A DNA stretch of 64,000 nt from IMG/VR virus record IMGVR_UViG_3300037086_000360, positions 186,112-250,111 of that record. One strand, given 5' to 3'. This document shows positions 7,256 to 17,117 of this stretch, in pieces (position 1 is the first letter of the stretch; every line of letters begins with the position of its first letter). The notes beneath the pieces are model-generated. The model was not told the DNA's origin. It did not search any database and saw only the letters and a program-made list of their open reading frames with translations. The translations under genes and the position numbers were made by a program.

Positions 7256-7756
7256 CTAGATAGTTGGATCGTGAAGTTTTTTGATTGCGTATGAGAATGC
7301 GCTATAAAAGTCTTTTGAAGAAACCCACTTATTCCTTAGAATTACCCTTTCACTTTCTTCATCGAAGAAAACACGGATCAAATCTTTAGCATTTTTCAAC
7401 ATCCATTTATCATATCTATGAATTCGTTTTGCCAAGTATGTGTAAGCAATGTCGAACATTAGTTCATAATCTTTTTCAGTTTGTACTGGTGGTAAATCTT
7501 TTTTGACTCTATATGGTCTGAGATTTCTCCACTTACTCGTTGCACTTGGCCAATTTGTTTCAGCAGAATAGCCTCTAATCACACCCTGCGCAAATACCGT
7601 GATTTTGTCATCAGCTACATCAGGATTGCCACTGAAGTCAATGTTTCCATGACTGAGTTGGGCTGGAGTGGTAGTATCTCGCCAACCAAGAGAAATGATA
7701 TCTTTATACGATGGCAACTGTTTGATTTTTTCATGGTCAAAATTGAAATGTTTCAT
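7256..7756 (-). CDS. Hypothetical protein (start MKHFNF)
   Basis: Lone minus-strand gene; a GTAAGATA motif lies just upstream on the minus strand. Confidence 0.65.
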   Translation of the reverse strand: MKHFNFDHEKIKQLPSYKDIISLGWRDTTTPAQLSHGNIDFSGNPDVADDKITVFAQGVIRGYSAETNWPSATSKWRNLRPYRVKKDLPPVQTEKDYELMFDIAYTYLAKRIHRYDKWMLKNAKDLIRVFFDEESERVILRNKWVSSKDFYSAFSYAIKKLHDPTI

Positions 7757-7967
7757 ATGATTTATCTTACTTACTTTGAGCATATATCTTATCGTGAAAG
7801 ACCAGTTTTCTGACTTGATCAAGAACGCTCGTCGCCAAGCCCAGAGAAAGGCCAAAAAGGAAGGTGATAAAAGCCCCAATGATGGGGAAGTTGCCTCCTG
7901 GGCAAGCGGTTTCATCGAGGGTTTCGACTTCTTGGCAGAAAAACTAAACAAAGAGAAGGAGTAACTG

Positions 7968-8249
7968 ATGAGAGGTGTTCTAAAGACGCATTGGACTCGC
8001 AATGGGGAAAAGTGGGAAAGGGAGATCTTGCTCGATGAATATGACAGGAAGTTTGTCATGTCTCACGGCAGCCAGGTCTATCTCGACGTGACCAACGACG
8101 TCCCAAAGTTCTATGATCGCGACGAGCAGAGAATGAAGTCTCTCGCGAGGGCAATCCTCGAAAACAGGGGTCGCTTCATTTCTCGTAGGAAGATCGGGAA
8201 CGTCAATGGCAATCCCTACGATCTGCGCTTCAGCAACCTCAAGTTTTAG
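7968..8249 (+). CDS. Hypothetical protein
   Basis: AAGGAG RBS; 93 aa. Confidence 0.6.
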   Translation: MRGVLKTHWTRNGEKWEREILLDEYDRKFVMSHGSQVYLDVTNDVPKFYDRDEQRMKSLARAILENRGRFISRRKIGNVNGNPYDLRFSNLKF

Positions 8250-8403
8250 AGGAAGGAGGAGAGCATGAAGATTCTGGAATCGAAGATGAATAGGGTTGTT
8301 CTGGGATGTCTGATTGGTTTTGCCCTCATCTCCCAGTTCGTGATCATCGGCGCCGCAATTCTTCGCGGCCATCTCTAAGCCAATAACGGGAAAAGATTTG
8401 AAG

Positions 8404-8432
8404 AAAAGGCTCACTATTTAGTGAGCCTTTTT
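8404..8432 (+). terminator. Intrinsic terminator (possibly bidirectional)
   Basis: AAAAGGCTCACT-ATTT-AGTGAGCCTTTT. Confidence 0.8.
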
Positions 8433-8899
8433 ATCTCAAGCACGAGCAGGCGAAGATAAACAAAACTAAATACTGGAGGTAGGAGATGGAAGCAGATCTC
8501 CGTGCTCTGGGGGAAAAGTATCCCGGTCACGTCTTTACTTTAGATGGGAAGAATCTTTTATGTGATGGTCGTGTTATTACAATCATCAACCCAATCGTTT
8601 CCGCTGAAAAAATCGTAGAGAATGGAATGACGGAACAAATGTTTTTTGACAGAATAGTTGAGTTTGGTGTTCATATGCTTGAGGATTCTCACTACTATGA
8701 TTATGACGTCGTTCAAAAAAGAAAGAAACAGTGCTCAGAGCAACAATAAAATACTTAATAGATAGATCTGGAATCACAAGAGATAACATTAGAATGATTC
8801 TTGTTTTGTTTCTCATCGATGGTATTTTTTGTTTATTGATGATTGCACTAAACAGCGTCATCCCAATGCATCACATTCCAATAAAACTACCATGATTTT

Positions 8900-9004
8900 G
8901 AGATTGGGTCTGCTCATTTGGTCCTCGGACTCCGTTTCCGAACTGGCGGGTATGGTTTAAAGTCATTACGGATGACAAGCAAGCCGCTTAGAGGACCCAA
9001 TCTC
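8900..9004 (+). ncRNA. Unidentified structured RNA of about 105 nt
   Basis: Perfect 11-bp closing helix GAGATTGGGTC/GACCCAATCTC; inner GTCAT-TACGG-ATGAC hairpin; intergenic. Confidence 0.55.
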
Positions 9005-9022
9005 TTTTGCATATTTCAAATA

Positions 9023-9277
9023 AGAACAGTCGTATCGACTCCACGCTGATTCTTGGTCAGCAGCTGCGATCGAGAGTTAGAGGGAAGCTCACGACAACTC
9101 CGCTGACCGTGGGAGGTCGAAAGACCGTTATTACCACGTAGATGGTTGCAACTCAAACAGTCCTAGGGGGAAAGCGGCCCTACAATGGACGGGTTGAGGC
9201 AGTCCGCAAGGACCAGTCGAAAGACTGAGACAGATGTGGAGATAAACCAGAATCGTGGCTACGGAGACGACTGTTCT
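9023..9277 (+). ncRNA. rnpB: Compact RNase P RNA (M1-like)
   Basis: P1 AGAACAGTCGT/ACGACTGTTCT; P2 CTCCAC/GTGGAG; P4-like AGC-(U)-CACGA in GGGAAGCTCACGA pairing with CAGAATCGTGGCT; GTTGCAACTCAAAC resembles the conserved GUGCAACAGA segment. Confidence 0.8.
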
Positions 9278-9494
9278 CTTTTTAGAAAGGAGAGGTGGAA
9301 GGTGTATGGTGCATGGCAAGGCAGGAAGTTTTTTGCTGGTCTTCACTACCTCGGAATAGGAAGCGGATACACTAACAGCATTCATATTCTTCCAATGATC
9401 GAAATCTATCCTTCATGCAAAATAGTATTTTTTGGATGGCTTTTGTTCCGGTGGCGTTGGGGTTGGAATAAAGAAGACAAGAGAAGATGAGACC

Positions 9495-9704
9495 ATGGCA
9501 AATATTTCTTTGAATTATGGTGCCATTGATCCTCAAATCTCATTTCCAGAAACACCGGGTACTATAGGCCTTCTTTACATCAAGGATGGCCGCTTCTTTA
9601 TAAAGATGCATCAAAAATCTATCTATGGCGAAATTGAAGACATAGAAATACCTACATCTGACGATCTTCTATCTATTTTCGCAAAGATTCTCCTCAATCA
9701 ATAA
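9495..9704 (+). CDS. Small protein of the IGLLYIKDG...IAK family
   Basis: PGTIGLLYIKDG is nearly identical to a segment of 41564..42073. Confidence 0.6.
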   Translation: MANISLNYGAIDPQISFPETPGTIGLLYIKDGRFFIKMHQKSIYGEIEDIEIPTSDDLLSIFAKILLNQ

Positions 9705-9732
9705 ACCACTGTTCTAAGTAAGATAATCTCAT

Positions 9733-10752
9733 ATGGGACACTCTATGGACTACAAGAAGTTTCTGTCTGGAATAAATCTCGAACTCAACAAACAATTGAG
9801 GATACAAGAAGACTTCACTGATCAGCTTTCAACTGCCATGGCCAAGAAGCAATCTGTTTGGGATGCTGAAGAGGAGCAAGAGAAGGCCGCAAAAAACGCA
9901 GCTCAAACAGCTTCTCAATCACCAGATCAAACAACTTCTCAACAAAATTCAAAACCAGAAGATTCTGGCAGAACGACTACTCCGTTGATCTTTTTCAAAG
10001 ACAAAACTACTTATACTTTGCAACAATTTCTAAATGTAAGAAATTTGATTCTATATGATTTGGGAAGACCAAAGAAACTTCCGGAAATCAAATATACCCC
10101 ACAACAAGACAAAGAACAACAGACAGCAGAACACAGATCGCGTCAAACTGCTGCAACTCTTAAGCCATTAGAGGTCAAATTTTTGGAATGGATAAAAAGA
10201 GAGGCGAACAATGGTCCAAAGTCTGATATAGACAGCTTCTTACGAAAACAGGATGGTACTTTTAATGAAGATGGCATCAAGCAGCTTCGACAAATGTTCC
10301 TTACATATGTAGGTAGTCAATATAACGCCAGAGTAGTTAAAAATCCAAAAAATGAAAATCCAGTTCTCGCTAAGGCTATAGAAACTTTTGGTCAAAAGTA
10401 TGAACTGAACACTCCTCAAACAAAAGGACAAACAGTAGCAATTGGGCTTCATGCCCCTAGTCCAGGAACAGCTGACCAAATAAAGCAAAATGTTTTGAAT
10501 GGAATAGCTTTTGGAGGTGGATATGAGGGTAACACCCCGTTGAAAAATGGGCAAATCGCCCAGTGGTGGAAAGAAGTTCAGCCCTATCTAGATAGATTTA
10601 CAGACACTAAAAAGGCCCTCAATTTTGGCATTCAATATGCTGGTTTCAAAAAGGGGATTGAAGGAGTAATCGATCCAACCATTGCTCTTCAACAAGAACA
10701 GTCCATTAACAACTCTTTCATTCAGAAACTTCGTTCTCAATTGTTAGCATAA
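9733..10752 (+). CDS. Hypothetical protein, 339 aa
   Basis: Long ORF preceded by the GTAAGATAAT motif. Confidence 0.7.
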   Translation: MGHSMDYKKFLSGINLELNKQLRIQEDFTDQLSTAMAKKQSVWDAEEEQEKAAKNAAQTASQSPDQTTSQQNSKPEDSGRTTTPLIFFKDKTTYTLQQFLNVRNLILYDLGRPKKLPEIKYTPQQDKEQQTAEHRSRQTAATLKPLEVKFLEWIKREANNGPKSDIDSFLRKQDGTFNEDGIKQLRQMFLTYVGSQYNARVVKNPKNENPVLAKAIETFGQKYELNTPQTKGQTVAIGLHAPSPGTADQIKQNVLNGIAFGGGYEGNTPLKNGQIAQWWKEVQPYLDRFTDTKKALNFGIQYAGFKKGIEGVIDPTIALQQEQSINNSFIQKLRSQLLA

Positions 10753-10761
10753 TTCCTTTAT

Positions 10762-12594
10762 ATGAATCAACCAACTCCCAAAGCTCCCAACATGCGTAAA
10801 AATATCGCTATTGTGGCCATACTGCTAATAGGCTATTTTGTTTTTCAGTTTTTTATTGGAGGTGGAACTACTCCAGAAATCAGCTATAGTACTTTTAAAA
10901 AGGCCCTAATTGACGGTAGGATCCAACAAGTTTCTGTTTCAACTACTGAGATCCGTGGAGTAATGAAAGATAAAGAAATTGAGAAGCAGTTTTCAACCAT
11001 TCGCGTAGATGATCCAGAATTGACGAAATTACTCGAATCCAAAAATGTTCAATACTCTGGAAAAATCCAGAGCAACTTCTTATCCAATCTTTTATGGATC
11101 ATAATTCCTTTTGCTCTTCTATATTTCTTTTTCATGCGACAAACTGGTGGAGCGGGCACTAATGTTCTCTCATTTGGAAAGAGTAGGGCGAAACTCAACC
11201 AACCTCTGATTGGAAAAAAGATCTCATTTAAAGATGTCGCTGGAGTTGATGAGGCGAAAGAAGAGCTTCAAGAGGTTGTAGATTTTCTGAAGACTCCCCA
11301 GCGCTTTCAGCAATTGGGTGGAAGAATCCCTCGTGGAATCCTTTTAATTGGAGCTCCTGGCACCGGCAAGACACTTCTTGCAAGGGCGGTCGCCGGAGAG
11401 GCTGGGGTTCCATTTTTCAGTATTTCTGGATCTGAGTTTGTTGAAATGTTTGTAGGAGTTGGAGCTGCGAGAGTAAGAGATCTCTTCGCTCAAGCGATGT
11501 CAAAAGCCCCTTGTATCGTTTTTATCGACGAACTTGATGCCCTGGGAAGAGCTCGAGGATTTTCTCCAGTTGGTGGATTTGATGAGAGAGAGCAAACTCT
11601 CAACCAACTCCTTACAGAGATGGATGGTTTTGATACTCGAGTTGGCATCATCATCATGGCTGCTACGAACAGACCGGAGATTCTTGACTCAGCTCTCATG
11701 AGACCTGGAAGATTTGACCGACAGGTTCTTGTTGATAGGCCAGATCTTGTTGGTCGAGAAGCCATTCTCAAGGTTCATTCAGAAGGGATCAAGATGGCTG
11801 AGAACGTTGATCTCAAAACCATTGCTCAGAGAACTCCAGGATTTGTCGGAGCAGATCTCGCCAACATCATGAATGAGGCAGCCCTTCTTGCTGCAAGACG
11901 CAACAAGACTGAAGTTATGATGGATGAGTTTAGTGAGGCTATCGATCGTGTTGTTGCTGGTCTAGAAAAGAAAAAAAGGCTGATCAGTCCATCAGAGAAG
12001 AAAATTGTGGCTTATCACGAGGCTGGTCATGCCATTGTTTCCCATTTCTCTGGAAAGGGTGATGAAGTCCATAAGATTTCCATTATTCCTCGTGGAATTG
12101 CTGCTCTTGGCTACACAATCAATCTTCCTACAGAAGATCGTTACTTGATGACTCAGAAAGAGCTTGAAGCAAGGCTCGCTACTCTTCTTGGTGGAAGAGT
12201 CGCGGAAGAGCTCTTCATTCAGGACGTTTCCACTGGAGCCTCAAGTGACCTGATGAAGGCAACAGAGATTGCGAAAGCTATGGTCAAAGAATATGGAATG
12301 AGCTCTCTTGGACTTTCTTCTTATGAGAGACCATCAAATCCATTTCTCAAAGATAATTCTTTCTTCCCTTCTGAAAAAGATTATTCAGAAAAAGTAGCGG
12401 CACAAATTGATGAAGAAGTTAAAAACATGCTCATTAAAGCACACGATAAAGCTGTGGTTATCCTTAACACCAAGAAACAGCTTATGGAAGACTTGTCGAA
12501 ACTTCTTCTTGAAAAAGAAGTCGTAGAGAAAGATGAGTTTATAAAACTCATGACAGAAGAGAAGCTGGAAGAATTGCCGCGCGCAGAAGCATAG
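10762..12594 (+). CDS. ftsH: ATP-dependent zinc metalloprotease FtsH
   Basis: Two TM segments, Walker A GAPGTGKT, Walker [37 protein letters not shown]. Confidence 0.98.
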   Translation: MNQPTPKAPNMRKNIAIVAILLIGYFVFQFFIGGGTTPEISYSTFKKALIDGRIQQVSVSTTEIRGVMKDKEIEKQFSTIRVDDPELTKLLESKNVQYSGKIQSNFLSNLLWIIIPFALLYFFFMRQTGGAGTNVLSFGKSRAKLNQPLIGKKISFKDVAGVDEAKEELQEVVDFLKTPQRFQQLGGRIPRGILLIGAPGTGKTLLARAVAGEAGVPFFSISGSEFVEMFVGVGAARVRDLFAQAMSKAPCIVFIDELDALGRARGFSPVGGFDEREQTLNQLLTEMDGFDTRVGIIIMAATNRPEILDSALMRPGRFDRQVLVDRPDLVGREAILKVHSEGIKMAENVDLKTIAQRTPGFVGADLANIMNEAALLAARRNKTEVMMDEFSEAIDRVVAGLEKKKRLISPSEKKIVAYHEAGHAIVSHFSGKGDEVHKISIIPRGIAALGYTINLPTEDRYLMTQKELEARLATLLGGRVAEELFIQDVSTGASSDLMKATEIAKAMVKEYGMSSLGLSSYERPSNPFLKDNSFFPSEKDYSEKVAAQIDEEVKNMLIKAHDKAVVILNTKKQLMEDLSKLLLEKEVVEKDEFIKLMTEEKLEELPRAEA

Positions 12595-12602
12595 TTTATG
12601 CT

Positions 12603-12986
12603 ATGCGTGATGAAAAACCGCATGGCGAATATGTCTCGATGAAGCTCAGAAAGGAGTATGAAACGGACTTTCAGTCCATGATCGATAAGTGGTATGAGGT
12701 CAATTTAAGCTCAAACCGCTTCCTTGTTTGTATTGAGGGATTTGAGTGGAATGATTGGCATAAAGACTATTTGCTTCATGGCCATATTATCAACTACAAT
12801 AACAATAAAGCAGCAATGGTAGTCAGTGATTTTGGTAGATACTACTCCGAAATTAGAGAATCGTTTCCACTATGGAAACGCAAAAAAGTAAAGGACAAGA
12901 AGCTTCTAAAAGCGATCAATGTCGCCTTTTATGCTCAAACAGCAAAAGCTCTCTTGGGTGAAAGACATGAGCGAGAAACCTATTAA
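12603..12986 (+). CDS. Hypothetical protein
   Basis: 127-aa ORF abutting ftsH. Confidence 0.55.
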   Translation: MRDEKPHGEYVSMKLRKEYETDFQSMIDKWYEVNLSSNRFLVCIEGFEWNDWHKDYLLHGHIINYNNNKAAMVVSDFGRYYSEIRESFPLWKRKKVKDKKLLKAINVAFYAQTAKALLGERHERETY

Positions 12987-13656
12987 TCTTTTTGATGGAG
13001 CGTGGAAGAAGCGCCCAAATGGTTTCTTCGAACTTGATCATGATCGAGTAGAAGAAAATGAAAAAAAAGCTAAGGCTCAGAGAGGATCTCCTCTTCTCGA
13101 AAAAATATATGAGAGACATAAGAGTGAAATCTATCACGCCAAAAAGAACTTCAATTGGTTCAGAAAAATGAGAAGCAGGCTTGAGCGTCTCAATAATATG
13201 CACCCAAAACAAATCTATATTTGGGGCCACACTGATATTGAAGGAACTAAGGCTGAGGGTTGTAAATACGCTTGGGAAGACGTTGAAATAGCTCTTCCAA
13301 CTATTTTCAGACGTCTCCATATGAGATGGATCACAACCATTCTGGCTGAATCTTGTTTCAAATCTGATTTGGACGAAGCCATTCGTTTTGGAAGTGAGTG
13401 CCCAGTTCTTGAACCTGAATATCCTCAGGACAACTTTGACGTTATGTATGTCAAGGGAAAAGAAGAATTCAATGATGAGAATGACGTCATCGAAGCTTTC
13501 AAGAAGTGGAGAGACTTCTTCCTTCCTAATCTCAAGAATGTTCCTATTGTTTGGAAGGAAATGAGTCCCAACTCGCTCACTTGGTCGATCTTCAAGTCGA
13601 AGAGTTTTCCAAGAATACGAATGTTGCTTGCCAATCTAAAACGAAAAACTTCCTGA
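12967..13656 (+). CDS. Hypothetical protein
   Basis: Long ORF; likely start MSEKP. Confidence 0.6.
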   Translation: MSEKPINLFDGAWKKRPNGFFELDHDRVEENEKKAKAQRGSPLLEKIYERHKSEIYHAKKNFNWFRKMRSRLERLNNMHPKQIYIWGHTDIEGTKAEGCKYAWEDVEIALPTIFRRLHMRWITTILAESCFKSDLDEAIRFGSECPVLEPEYPQDNFDVMYVKGKEEFNDENDVIEAFKKWRDFFLPNLKNVPIVWKEMSPNSLTWSIFKSKSFPRIRMLLANLKRKTS

Positions 13657-13738
13657 AAAACAAAAATGAATTCGACACTCGTGCAAGATACTATCTATAA
13701 GACTATACACCACCCATGTGGGAGGAGAAAGCAACTAA

Positions 13739-14836
13739 ATGGATGAATCTGACAAACAAGACCAGGAGTTCCCTCCAGGTACAGTGCCATCGGACCAGTG
13801 GAATGACTGGCGATGGCAAATGCGGAATCGAGTTAAAAACATTGAAGACATTAAGACATTGGGATTATGGAAAGATGACACATTGCCTAATCCAAAGCGT
13901 CTTCCCTTCACGGTAACCCCTTATTATTTGAAAGTCGCTCTCAATTCGAAAGCTCTTCAAAAAACTTTCGTGCCGAACATGAGTGAAAACATTGTGACAT
14001 CTGACTGTACGGATGATCCTCTTGCAGAAGAACATGACTCTCCTGTCAAATGCATCGTACATCGATATCCAGACAGAGTTCTGTTCCTTGCAACAGATCT
14101 TTGTGCTACTTATTGTCGCTATTGTACAAGAAGCCGAGTGATAGAGCAAAATGGATTTACTAAGTCTGAGTGGGAAAAGGGATTCGAATACATCAGAGAA
14201 CACGAAGAAGTTCGAGACGTTCTTATCTCTGGTGGAGACCCTCTCACATATGACGATGATAATCTTGAGTATTTGATTTCAAGCATTAGAGCAATTTCTC
14301 ATGTCGAAATCATAAGAATTGGTACCAAAGTTCCAGTCGTTCTTCCCCAAAGAATAACCCCAGAACTGGTGGCAATGCTTAAGAAGTATCATCCGTTATT
14401 CATGAGCATTCATTTCACCCATCCCGACGAACTCACAGAGGAATGTAAGACTGCATGCTTAATGCTTGCTGATGCAGGAATCCCTCTCGGAAGTCAAACA
14501 GTTTTGTTGAATGATGTGAATGATAATCTCTATATTCTGAAAGCTCTGTTCCAGGGTCTGTTAAAGATTAGAGTTCGCCCCTATTATCTCTATCAGTGTG
14601 ATGTTGTTCAAGGAGCTGCCCATTTTAGAACTCCTTTGGACGTGGGCATCAGGATGATTGAGGGATTAAGAGGATGGACTTCTGGATATGCTGTTCCACA
14701 ATTTGTAATTGACTTACCGAATGGTGGTGGAAAAACACCGGTCATTCCAAATTATGTGGTTGGAACTGAAGGAAAGAACATTGTCTTCAGAAATTATGAG
14801 GGCCAATCCTATCTCTTTCCCGATATAGCATCATGA
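13739..14836 (+). CDS. kamA: KamA-family radical SAM enzyme (lysine 2,3-aminomutase-like)
   Basis: WNDWRWQ, HRYPDR, CATYCRYC (CxxxCxxC), SGGDPL and the PLP-lysine motif GGGKTP. Confidence 0.93.
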   Translation: MDESDKQDQEFPPGTVPSDQWNDWRWQMRNRVKNIEDIKTLGLWKDDTLPNPKRLPFTVTPYYLKVALNSKALQKTFVPNMSENIVTSDCTDDPLAEEHDSPVKCIVHRYPDRVLFLATDLCATYCRYCTRSRVIEQNGFTKSEWEKGFEYIREHEEVRDVLISGGDPLTYDDDNLEYLISSIRAISHVEIIRIGTKVPVVLPQRITPELVAMLKKYHPLFMSIHFTHPDELTEECKTACLMLADAGIPLGSQTVLLNDVNDNLYILKALFQGLLKIRVRPYYLYQCDVVQGAAHFRTPLDVGIRMIEGLRGWTSGYAVPQFVIDLPNGGGKTPVIPNYVVGTEGKNIVFRNYEGQSYLFPDIAS

Positions 14837-14904
14837 AATATGGTGGTAGTATAACGGAACATGTCATAGCATAGTGGAACATGCCGTAGCATAATTTATT
14901 CATA

Positions 14905-15063
14905 ATGATTTACACCTATGAACTCTATTGTAAAAGATGTGATAGGATAGTTATCCTTGAGACTGATGTACGGGTAGGAAAAAAACCAAATTGTCCGAGT
15001 TGCAATCATAAGTTGCACGAGAAGAAAGATAATTTGGTTGCCTCTACAGGAGAAAACGAATGA
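14905..15063 (+). CDS. Small zinc-ribbon protein (52 aa, not in the ORF track)
   Basis: MIYTYELYCKRC...PNCPSC; ends in an ATGA overlap with the next gene. Confidence 0.65.
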   Translation: MIYTYELYCKRCDRIVILETDVRVGKKPNCPSCNHKLHEKKDNLVASTGENE

Positions 15064-15596
15064 AAAAATTCATTGTTATATTGTTGGCTCTTTTGTTTAT
15101 TGCGCCATTTGCAATGGCTGATTTTAAGATTGGAATTTCGGGAAATTTTGAATTTACGACAAATTCCCAATTGCAGTCATTGCAGTCGGGAGATCTCACC
15201 AAACTCATCAGACCTGGAATATATTTGGAACTATATGACCCAATGGGTTTTGGAATCGATTTAACGGCAGTTACCACACTCCCAGATTCAAGCAACAACA
15301 TTGTATGGTTTGCCACTATTGATCCAACATTCCATTTTCTGAATCTCAAGATCATTGATTTATCAATTTTTGCAGGACTTGGAGTAACTGGAGAAAATGC
15401 CACGGACTTTAGTAAGATAAATGCAGCAGCGTGGTTTTTTCAAATTGGTGGTGGTCCCTCGCTTCTGTTAGGACCACTATTTGTTCAAGCAAGAGCAGCA
15501 GTTAGATTTCAAATTGGAAATGGACAATTGGGATCTATAGCACCACTAAGTTTCGATGATATTGAATTAGCGCTTATAGCGGGCCTCAAACTGTAA
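15060..15596 (+). CDS. Secreted or outer-membrane beta-barrel-like protein
   Basis: Signal peptide APFAMA; alternating amphipathic strands; C-terminal ALIAGLKL. Confidence 0.6.
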   Translation: MKKFIVILLALLFIAPFAMADFKIGISGNFEFTTNSQLQSLQSGDLTKLIRPGIYLELYDPMGFGIDLTAVTTLPDSSNNIVWFATIDPTFHFLNLKIIDLSIFAGLGVTGENATDFSKINAAAWFFQIGGGPSLLLGPLFVQARAAVRFQIGNGQLGSIAPLSFDDIELALIAGLKL

Positions 15597-15601
15597 AGAA
15601 C

Positions 15602-15624
15602 AGGGGGCTTACGCCCCCTTTTTT
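15602..15624 (+). terminator. Intrinsic terminator
   Basis: AGGGGGC-TTAC-GCCCCCT followed by TTTTT. Confidence 0.8.
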
Positions 15625-15922
15625 ATTACTGGAGCCACTATGAAAAAAGTAATTATTAACTTTAGAAAGAAGAAAATTGATATTTCGTTTGGTAGATGGG
15701 ATCCAAAATTGAACTACTATGATCTCAAACGTACTGATGGTGATAATGAATATGAGGTCAAACCACCTCGACATTGTTTCTTCTACCACAAGTATGAATG
15801 GGGTGAAAAGGAAGTGTATATTGAATTTTTAAGATTTCACTTATCAATTAGCATACTTGATAACGATAGTGCCAAGTCTCAAATAGGCAGGAAAAAGGAT
15901 TCTTAAAAAAATCCAAATTTAT

Positions 15923-16009
15923 GGAGTCCGGGCAGGCCGGTAATGCAGCAGATTGCTAATCTGTACAACCCTTCATCGGGTTGACCGAGTTCGATTCTCG
16001 GGGGCTCCG
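15923..16009 (+). tRNA. trnS: tRNA-Ser(GCT)
   Basis: GGAGTCC/GGGCTCC acceptor, GCAGA-TTGCTAA-TCTGT, long variable arm, G73. Confidence 0.9.
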
Positions 16010-16053
16010 CTCAATTGGAAGGATTGTGGAGACCTTCCGGAAAGGATTTTATC

Positions 16054-16698
16054 ATGGAGGACGTGCTCTCTCTCAATGTTCTTGTCTTGAACAGGTCTTA
16101 CAAGCCTATCAAGATCATCTCAGCCAAGAAGGCTCTTATTCTGCTCTACAAAACAGTGGCAGAAGTTATTCAGGTCGAGGATGGTAATTATTCCAACTAC
16201 GACTTTAATAGCTGGGCTGAGGTGTCTGCTTATAGGAGAGCATATGAAGACAATCCAGAGATGGACTGGATTTTCACGCCGCAGCTGACGATCAATGTTC
16301 CTCGCGTCATCAGAGTTTTGACGTTCGACAAGTTTGTCAAGTACAACGTCAAGTTGAACCGCAGAAACATCTATGCTCGTGATGGAGACACTTGTCAGTA
16401 CTGTGGTAAGAAGCACCAGAAGAAGCACTTGAACATCGACCACGTTGTGCCAAAGGTGGCGGGTGGTAAGACGATTTGGGAAAACCTCGTTGTCTCTTGT
16501 TTCAAGTGCAACACCAAAAAGGGTGGTAGGACTCCTAAGGAAGCGGGCATGACCTTGCTCAAGTCACCTAAGAAGCCAGACTTCACTCCATCCCTCAGGA
16601 TCCACATCGGAAACAAGAAATATGAAAGTTGGCGTCAGTTTGTAAACGATGCATATTGGTTGGTCTCTATCGAGGATGAGAAGATTGAAGAGGAATAA
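16054..16698 (+). CDS. HNH endonuclease
   Basis: VLVLNRSY...NRRNIYARDGDTCQYCG...IDHVVP...WENLVVSCFKCNTKKG. Confidence 0.92.
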   Translation: MEDVLSLNVLVLNRSYKPIKIISAKKALILLYKTVAEVIQVEDGNYSNYDFNSWAEVSAYRRAYEDNPEMDWIFTPQLTINVPRVIRVLTFDKFVKYNVKLNRRNIYARDGDTCQYCGKKHQKKHLNIDHVVPKVAGGKTIWENLVVSCFKCNTKKGGRTPKEAGMTLLKSPKKPDFTPSLRIHIGNKKYESWRQFVNDAYWLVSIEDEKIEEE

Positions 16699-17117
16699 TG
16701 CGACGATGGCTTACAGCATGGACACCTGAGTTAGCAAGAAAAGAAATGATAGCCAGGGAGCTTAGAAGAACTAGGCCCCTGGTTTCTTTTCCGCTTCTCA
16801 AAAAAGTGTACGACAAATTTGGAATCTTTTGGGTGACAATGCACCATGTTGAAGATATGGATGAACATCTCTGGAGTAAAATGCATGATCTAAATAGACA
16901 TGGACTCTTAGAGCTTTCTGAGTGGAAAAAAGAAATCAATCCAACTCCCTCAAGAGGTCAAAAACTTGCAAACTATTGGAGAGTAACTCCACTTGGTTTG
17001 ATAGCCCTTACAAAATTTTATAGTGTCAAAGATGAAGACGTACACAAAGTTAGCAAATATTTGTTGGACCCAGAAGGAGATAAGAATGAGGCGACTGTCT
17101 TGGCAAAACGATATTGA
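16698..17117 (+). CDS. Hypothetical protein
   Basis: Coupled to the HNH stop. Confidence 0.55.
   Translation: MRRWLTAWTPELARKEMIARELRRTRPLVSFPLLKKVYDKFGIFWVTMHHVEDMDEHLWSKMHDLNRHGLLELSEWKKEINPTPSRGQKLANYWRVTPLGLIALTKFYSVKDEDVHKVSKYLLDPEGDKNEATVLAKRY

Noticed and set aside
7757-8059. N-terminal 101 aa of ORF 7256..8059
   Set aside because: Antisense to two + strand genes; the promoter-like motif points to a start at 7756.
7106-14836. Pyrrolysine system (tRNA-Pyl plus PylB)
   Set aside because: The CUA tRNAs have normal D loops, 5-nt variable loops and 5-bp anticodon stems; the radical SAM enzyme has KamA/PLP motifs; no pylS/C/D is seen.
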